A stretch of 55,983 bases of DNA, the filler included, from Sphacelaria rigidula (Eukaryota): NCBI GenBank assembly GCA_964200075.2. It is 6 parts of 6 records of this genome, joined end to end, with 100 filler letters (N's around TTAATTAATTAA, not from the genome) between each part and the next. Parts side by side here need not be neighbours in the genome. Positions count along the whole stretch, not along the records: positions 46,737 to 55,983 come from CAXNAA020008938.1; 5 more parts are not named here. One strand, written 5' to 3'. The first letter of the stretch is position 1, and each line of letters starts with the position of its first letter. The translations under genes were made by a program, and so were the position numbers. Under the pieces are notes generated by a model. The model searched no databases. It worked only from the letters and a program-made list of their open reading frames with translations, and had not been told where the DNA came from. Below are positions 50,010 through 55,983 of this stretch, in pieces.

Positions 50010-50491
50010 CTGAACGTCACACTGCCGACCAATTCTTCCCACCGTTGCCTCACCCGGGTCAGCAGTTTAGCAGTGACCGAACCTGCCGGCGCGAACGATC
50101 CCATGCATACACTACATCGCTCCTGCGATGCCATGAACTTCGATTGATCTATCTCTTCGTTGTACGTAGGCAGCCCAGCCGGATTTCGTGGTGGAAACTG
50201 GACTGCCGCCATGAGGTTGAGGGAGTCCCGGGTTTTCTTCCGGAATGCTTCCGACCTCTCCTGCAGAAAAGCTAAGGCTGATTGCCTCCCCGCCTGTTCA
50301 CGGGGCCTCTGGGAATCACAGCCATCTGCAGGCGCCTTCACAGCATCCACCTCCACACCAGAACCCACCAATTTATCTCCGTGTACGCACAAATTCAGCG
50401 CTACCATGTTCTCATGTTTACTCACCCCGGTTCCTCGAAGTATGCTTTGTGTGCACCCGTTTGCCTCTGGCAGCCTGTACGGTTCTAGCAA
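50010..50491 (-). pseudogene. Possible coding fragment of unknown origin (part of a 182-aa ORF) between two repeats
   Basis: Protein-like composition with a CSVC motif; no family recognised. Confidence 0.25.
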
Positions 50492-50810
50492 GGGTCTGGC
50501 TATTCACGTCAACGTTGACGTAATCTGTTACATCCGTCAACGTTCAGCATCCGTCCCACAAGCCCCGCGCATGGACACAGCAACACATGGGAAACACTCA
50601 CACAGTCTCTAGTAGTTATCGTTCAAGCCATCGCACGGAGCAAACGGACCCGTAACGGATGAGATACATGCATGATGCATAGTGAGCACTCTTACTCTTA
50701 CTCTTGTGTTTCCCATGTGTTGCTGTGTCCATGCGGGGCTTGTGGGACGGATGCTGAACGTTGATGGATGTAACAGATTACGTCAACGTTGACGTAAATA
50801 GCAAGACCCT
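50491..50810. mobile_element. MITE with ~115-bp near-perfect TIRs
   Basis: AGGGTCT.GCTATT.ACGTCAACGTTGACG.. inverted at both ends; abuts (TA)n. Confidence 0.9.
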
Positions 50811-50851
50811 ATATATATATATATATATAATGTATATATATATATATATAT

Positions 50852-51156
50852 ATGGGCGCATCAACCGAGGTCACACAGGAGAAAGGTCTACACGGAGGTT
50901 CTTCTTTCTTATCATGCTGTAGTTCTCCACCTTCCTTTTGCGAAGCTTGCCTTATATTTTTATCGCAAGAGGGGTTCAGCAGTGCCTTTCCCTCGTCGAT
51001 CGTGATGTCGAATTTTGTGTACCTACGACACAGCCACCCTCCACTGGTGTGCATGGTATTCGAAACGACCCCAAACCCCGTGACTGGACAGAGGTTCAAA
51101 CCCAAGACGTAACCGTCAAAAGATTTCGAGTTTACCAACTGAGCCACTGGGACGAC
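50852..51156 (-). mobile_element. tRNA-derived SINE family B ending at (TA)n
   Basis: A box TGGCTCAGTTGG, B-box-like GGTTTGAACC; body matches 42599-42932. Confidence 0.8.
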
Positions 51157-53141
51157 CAACTGAGTACAAAAAAACTGAAAAACAAAAAACAGACAGAGCA
51201 CCAAACGAAACCAAGCACAACAATGAGGGAAATAAAATTTCCTTCAGTTACTACGGAGAAAAACTGCACGAAATATATAACAACAGAACTGAAGGGGAAG
51301 AAACAGTGAGGCAGAGATAGAAACAGAGAGGGTAAAGAATTATCGAGAGAGAACACGGGGGAGTGATGGTGAAACTCAAGCATCACAGACAGTAAAGCAC
51401 GTACAAAAAAAGCACAAAACAGGGAACACGGCAAGACCACAGCCCAATAGCCAAGGAATATGCCAAGAACCGGTAATAACAGAGATAGGGGAAGATTGTC
51501 TCCCGTGCTAACCCCGCTCTCTCCTCTCGTTCCTCATTGGGCACGAAGCGGAACACACCCTCGACCATCCCCAGCCTAGTGCATTCCTCACGGGCTGCTG
51601 TTATTGTCATTGTGTCGACGTCAATGGAGGCAGCCCTCGCTTGAAAATGATACGTCTACGTAAAATCGAACTCCGGGCATAACCACCTTGCGAGGATTAT
51701 ATGTCACTACTTCACCACATACGTTTTGCTTCCGATGAACAAATTTGCGCGATGATCTTATTTCTCGAGTAAAGCAGACGGTGGATAGACTCGATTCAAC
51801 GTCTACTGGGCATGCCCCTCGGTCACCTGCAGATTGACCGTGTGCGAGTGTGTTAGTTCGCGTTCAAACCTCAAACAGCAAACTCTAGGCTTTTGAAAAC
51901 ATGGATTTGTACCTAGCACGAGTACTCACTCACTACTCGATGTTGAATCTATTCAATGCACTTGATGGTTCTCGGTAGCATCGTTTTATGTATTCTAGTA
52001 CTACTTCCCAATATTCTATTAATAGATCCACCAGTCAACATCTTCCCGTTCCGCCCCCCAGTATTTGACAACCGCCAATATAATACATTACCGCCTTTCA
52101 AAATTTTACGACCACCAGTATTTTACGACGAAGTAACTACCCATATATGTACTACGATTATATCAAACACCGACCGTGATATCAACGCTTGTCGATACAT
52201 GAACGCACTGCTGAGCCAAGTAGCAGCAGAGAAGGCTGGCAATGCAGGAGGTGCACACACGGGTCCAAAAATGTAATCGTACGGAATCACTCGACACCCA
52301 GTATCCGGTGAGCCGCACTCAATAATTCACAGACAGACGCCAACGAGAAGATATTCCCCTCGCCATGTACAACACCCGTTTGGGTCTGCGATCTTCGATC
52401 GGCATACAGTAAGGCACACCGTTCACCCTCCCCGTCCTTTCAATACGGTTTCCACATTAGGCAAAGTCGAACATGGACGAGCTGAACGCGTCGACGCCAC
52501 AAAGTTCTTACTATTTCTACTATCTGCATTGGGCACTTTGTTTTACAACGGGGCGTGTCGACCGCATCCCCTAGAATGTCCGAGCCTGCATTCGTCACAG
52601 TCAAGCCTAGTCGGCCAGGGGAGGGGCTGAATGGAGGTGCCATGGGCACCTTGATGGGCAGCTGAGCCAGGGTATCCGAAGCCTGCTTCCCACCTTTGAA
52701 ATTGTTCCGCCTGCAGTGAGAGAGACAAGCGTAAATAGCAATTGTGGTGTCGAAATGTTCAAGGGAAGCCTCGTTCGGGTTGGATATGCTTCAGGTGACT
52801 ACTAAATACTAGTGATACGCGCCTGGTACCCCCAATTCTTTGCGATTGGGAGCATGAGGACTTTCTGGATGTAGACGGGTGGACATGTTTACAGACGAAT
52901 ACCAAGTACTTGCTCTGATTTGGGCAGCCCACTGCTCCTGCTCTCGTTTTTCTCTTCGCCAGCCATGCGGAAGGTCTTGTGCAGGGCGATCGGTACCCGT
53001 TGCGGCTACGTCTCGAATAGCTGGGAGGCAGTATGCCACGGCGGCACAGGCACGGCGTAACAAAAGAGATGGGACGGTGACGGGGAGAGAGAGGCTGAGA
53101 TCGTTTGGCTGCACTAGCGAGGTATTTGCCGTTGTAATGGT

Positions 53142-53432
53142 GCGCCCCGGTGGTGTAATGGTCCGACTGTCGCCATTAGGGTGGAGAGAAGGAGGGTTCG
53201 ATCCCCGATGTGTGTCGGTTTTTTTCTTTGTGGTATGTGATTTCCACCGTGCAAAACGTGATAACCTGAGCAAACAAAGTAGTCGGCTGGGTTTGTCTGA
53301 TGTGAGTTAACGCGGTGCGGGAGTGCTGATCCAATCCGCGAGACCCCAAATGCAAAGCGTGAACCGGGGAGAGATAGGTTGATCCTTGAGTCCACGGACT
53401 CGTTCCGAGGAAGTGAAGGGGTAAAAGTGCGA
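53142..53432 (+). mobile_element. tRNA-derived SINE family A
   Basis: A box TGGTGTAATGG, B box GGTTCGATCCC; matches 36769-37063. Confidence 0.8.
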
Positions 53433-55802
53433 CAAATAAATAATCGAGTAATTGAGAGAAATAATAAAAAAAATGGTGGTATCGATCATGCTTGATCGAT
53501 AGTGGCCGGGGATTATGGCACTGAAAATTCCTCTGCGCACAGTGATTGCGGCAAGGTCAAGAGCTGGCGAAACGCCCAGGGAAAATGTCATATGACCGCG
53601 GAGAGTGGCGTGCAAGCACCTATACGGTGTGACCGTAGTGATGGTCAGCACCTAACATGAATTGTAGACTTTACCTCCGTAGTGGCCGACACGTTCCGTA
53701 CGCCGCCTCAATCGCGGGTCGTCCTCGCACCAAGAGATGTTGCACATGCCGTTGTTTCCAGGATCAGCCGAGGCAGCCTGAAAGTACAACCGCGTTGGGA
53801 AAGCATGGGTCATGATTTAGTTTTGTACGCAAGTCATCCATTGCCCCGACTGCGCTGAAAAGAAACATACGCCCCCACGTGGATGTGACACATTTTTTAG
53901 CGGGTATATTTGGTAGTAGGGCGAGTGTGAGGTTTCGAAGGTGAAGCGTTGTGCATTTGCTTCCAGCCTCACACATACACTCGCGAGTTTCCTGGCGCAA
54001 TACCCTCCTCCCATTCAGTCAAGAACAAGCAATGAGTACTCGAACCTCTCATAAAGGTACATCTTGTTACCTGTAACTTCCCGGGCGCTTCGAAATGATA
54101 GTTTTAGGAGCATTAAAGGGACGTCGCGAGGCGCTCGTAACCACCACTCAGTGCATACAAACCGCCTATTTCATACAGTACACGTTCCAAGCAATCAGCA
54201 CGTGCACTAGGCGGCACGAGAAAGGAATCCATGCAATGCATTGGATCTCAGGTTTTTCCTCATGTGCGTCTACATCCCGGCAGTGAATGCAATGCGACAG
54301 GAGTGACATTGTTTTCCCACCCTGCAGGTCAAGTACCTCCTCGTGGTTTGTCATCGCTGGAACTGGGGAACGGGCACTGTGATAAATGTAGTCGACCGAC
54401 GGCACTGGCTCTAACGGCTCTTCTCGATGCTGGGCAAAGCAGGAACTTTTTTCGCCTTCATTTTCATGTTGTAGCGCCTCTTGCTGCCGCTGCTGCTCCA
54501 GAAGATTGTGCCACCGCCGGAACTTTTCTTCCTGTATTTGCACACCACACGATGGCGATGGGGAGAGCAGAGGTCGACCCCGTCAACAAAACCGAGGCTG
54601 AGATCAATGTGTTCATGGTACTCTGTTCTTCTGAAATGTGAGCCCAGAAATACGGCCCAACAGGCTCTCAATAATTCGACAAACAAAAGAACGGGCGCGT
54701 GATCGTTCACTTTATATCACGACAGCGGACGACGCACATAATCTCTGTCTCTGGGTCTCCCCGATGCTGAGTGTATGAAATAGAATCCTACTTGGTCATT
54801 TGGGGGTCACCGCTTACGGGCCTTCAGATATCCACGCCCCACGACTACAATTGGTTCCCCAGATCCGAAGTTGGTCGTATTGGGCTAGAATAGTCAAGGC
54901 GAGCAGTTCCCTTGATAACTCCAAATCGGCACCCCGAATCGGCATGTACGCACTTCCCTTGGCTTAGATTGTGCAACACAAGGTGACAGCGCAACACAAA
55001 CGTTTCGCGCCATCGTCTTGTTCCGTATAAATGTATTTCAAATTCTAAACGAAATACACAGTATCACCAAGCCAAGAGAGAGAATCATGGGCCATTTCTC
55101 ACGACGACCGATTGCTCACATTTTCACTACCCGCCATCCACGCCTGCACAATATCGGCCAGGCTTTCATCACGTGCCTCATCCCCCTTTCCCTCCTGTTC
55201 CCCGCCGTCGCAGACGCCCCGCTGTCTCTCACGACCACGCGTCCCGGACCGCCAGCCGCAGTTCGACCCTCCTCCGTCGCATCCGCTATCCTCGCGCGGC
55301 GGTTGGCTCGTGCCTGTTCGATGGCCAATACTTCCCTCGCGCATGTACATCGTGGCTGCATTGGTAACTCCCGCGACGGGTGCCCCATCGACACAGGGTG
55401 TTTGGTCCGCCTGTAGCTGTTGAGGGACCGCCGGGATCGTGTGTAGGGTGCAAGGAGGGTGGGGGTTGTATTAGGCAGGGCCGGTGTTGAATTAGGTGTA
55501 AACGGTTGGTCGCCGGTACAAAGTACTGTACATTACATCGACAAATTGAAACTTTTCAACTGTTAGAGATGCGAATCGCTCGTGAAACATACAGGAAATT
55601 TTCTCCCGAAAGTGTCCTGGCTCTTCCTGATGGACAGATCAAGTTAGCCAGTCAGAAACAAAGGATCTGTCCGGTCGGTTTCAGCAAAACCCCAGAAGGC
55701 CTTCGGCGCACATCACACCCACTGCCGCAGGTACATTGCTCATGGTCGTACTGATGATTCGTATTTCAAGTTAAAATTATGCCGATGCAGATGATCCGCC
55801 CT

Positions 55803-55983
55803 GGGGGGGGCGTACTCCTTTGTTTCCGTTAGTCACCATTGATCACGCATCCCTTTCGAGATGGAGCACCGTTCCTACTCCTACTAGAGACACCTCCAAC
55901 ATTCCGGCGCTCATTACGTTTCTTCCGTAGCTCATTACGTTTTTTTCCATACATCACACAAAAACCTCTTACATATCTTATCC
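55803..55983 (-). mobile_element. Non-LTR 3' end with poly(C) tail, cut by window end
   Basis: Reverse complement of 14452-14640, including the same 18-bp internal duplication. Confidence 0.8.

Overview
Eukaryotic, almost wholly transposon-derived DNA; the repeat style is most consistent with a brown alga/stramenopile (inference). The window is not one locus: five 100-nt N spacers containing TTAATTAATTAA split it into six contigs of 9248, 9247, 9247, 9247, 9247 and 9247 bp, so adjacency across spacers is artificial. No intact host gene, RNA gene or CRISPR array is supportable. Main content: (1) a Ty1/copia LTR element (32203-36268, minus; LTRs ~98% identical, GCGGT TSD) with gag-protease-integrase but no RT/RNaseH, a non-TGG PBS and an extra 3' region; (2) transposase remnants: pogo/Tc1-mariner, an intron-containing MULE with SWIM finger, and one intact Sola/DUF7869-like exon; (3) many MITEs: hAT-type (8-bp TSD, apparent GAAnnTTC target), Tourist-type (TAA TSD) and several families with AAC..GTT or GAC..GTC ends and 4-bp TSDs; (4) two tRNA-derived SINE families and poly(C)-tailed non-LTR 3' ends sitting in C/G tracts; (5) a ~3-kb repeat present twice, carrying an unrecognised 233-aa ORF between two tandem arrays. 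All calls were made by eye; no searches were run.
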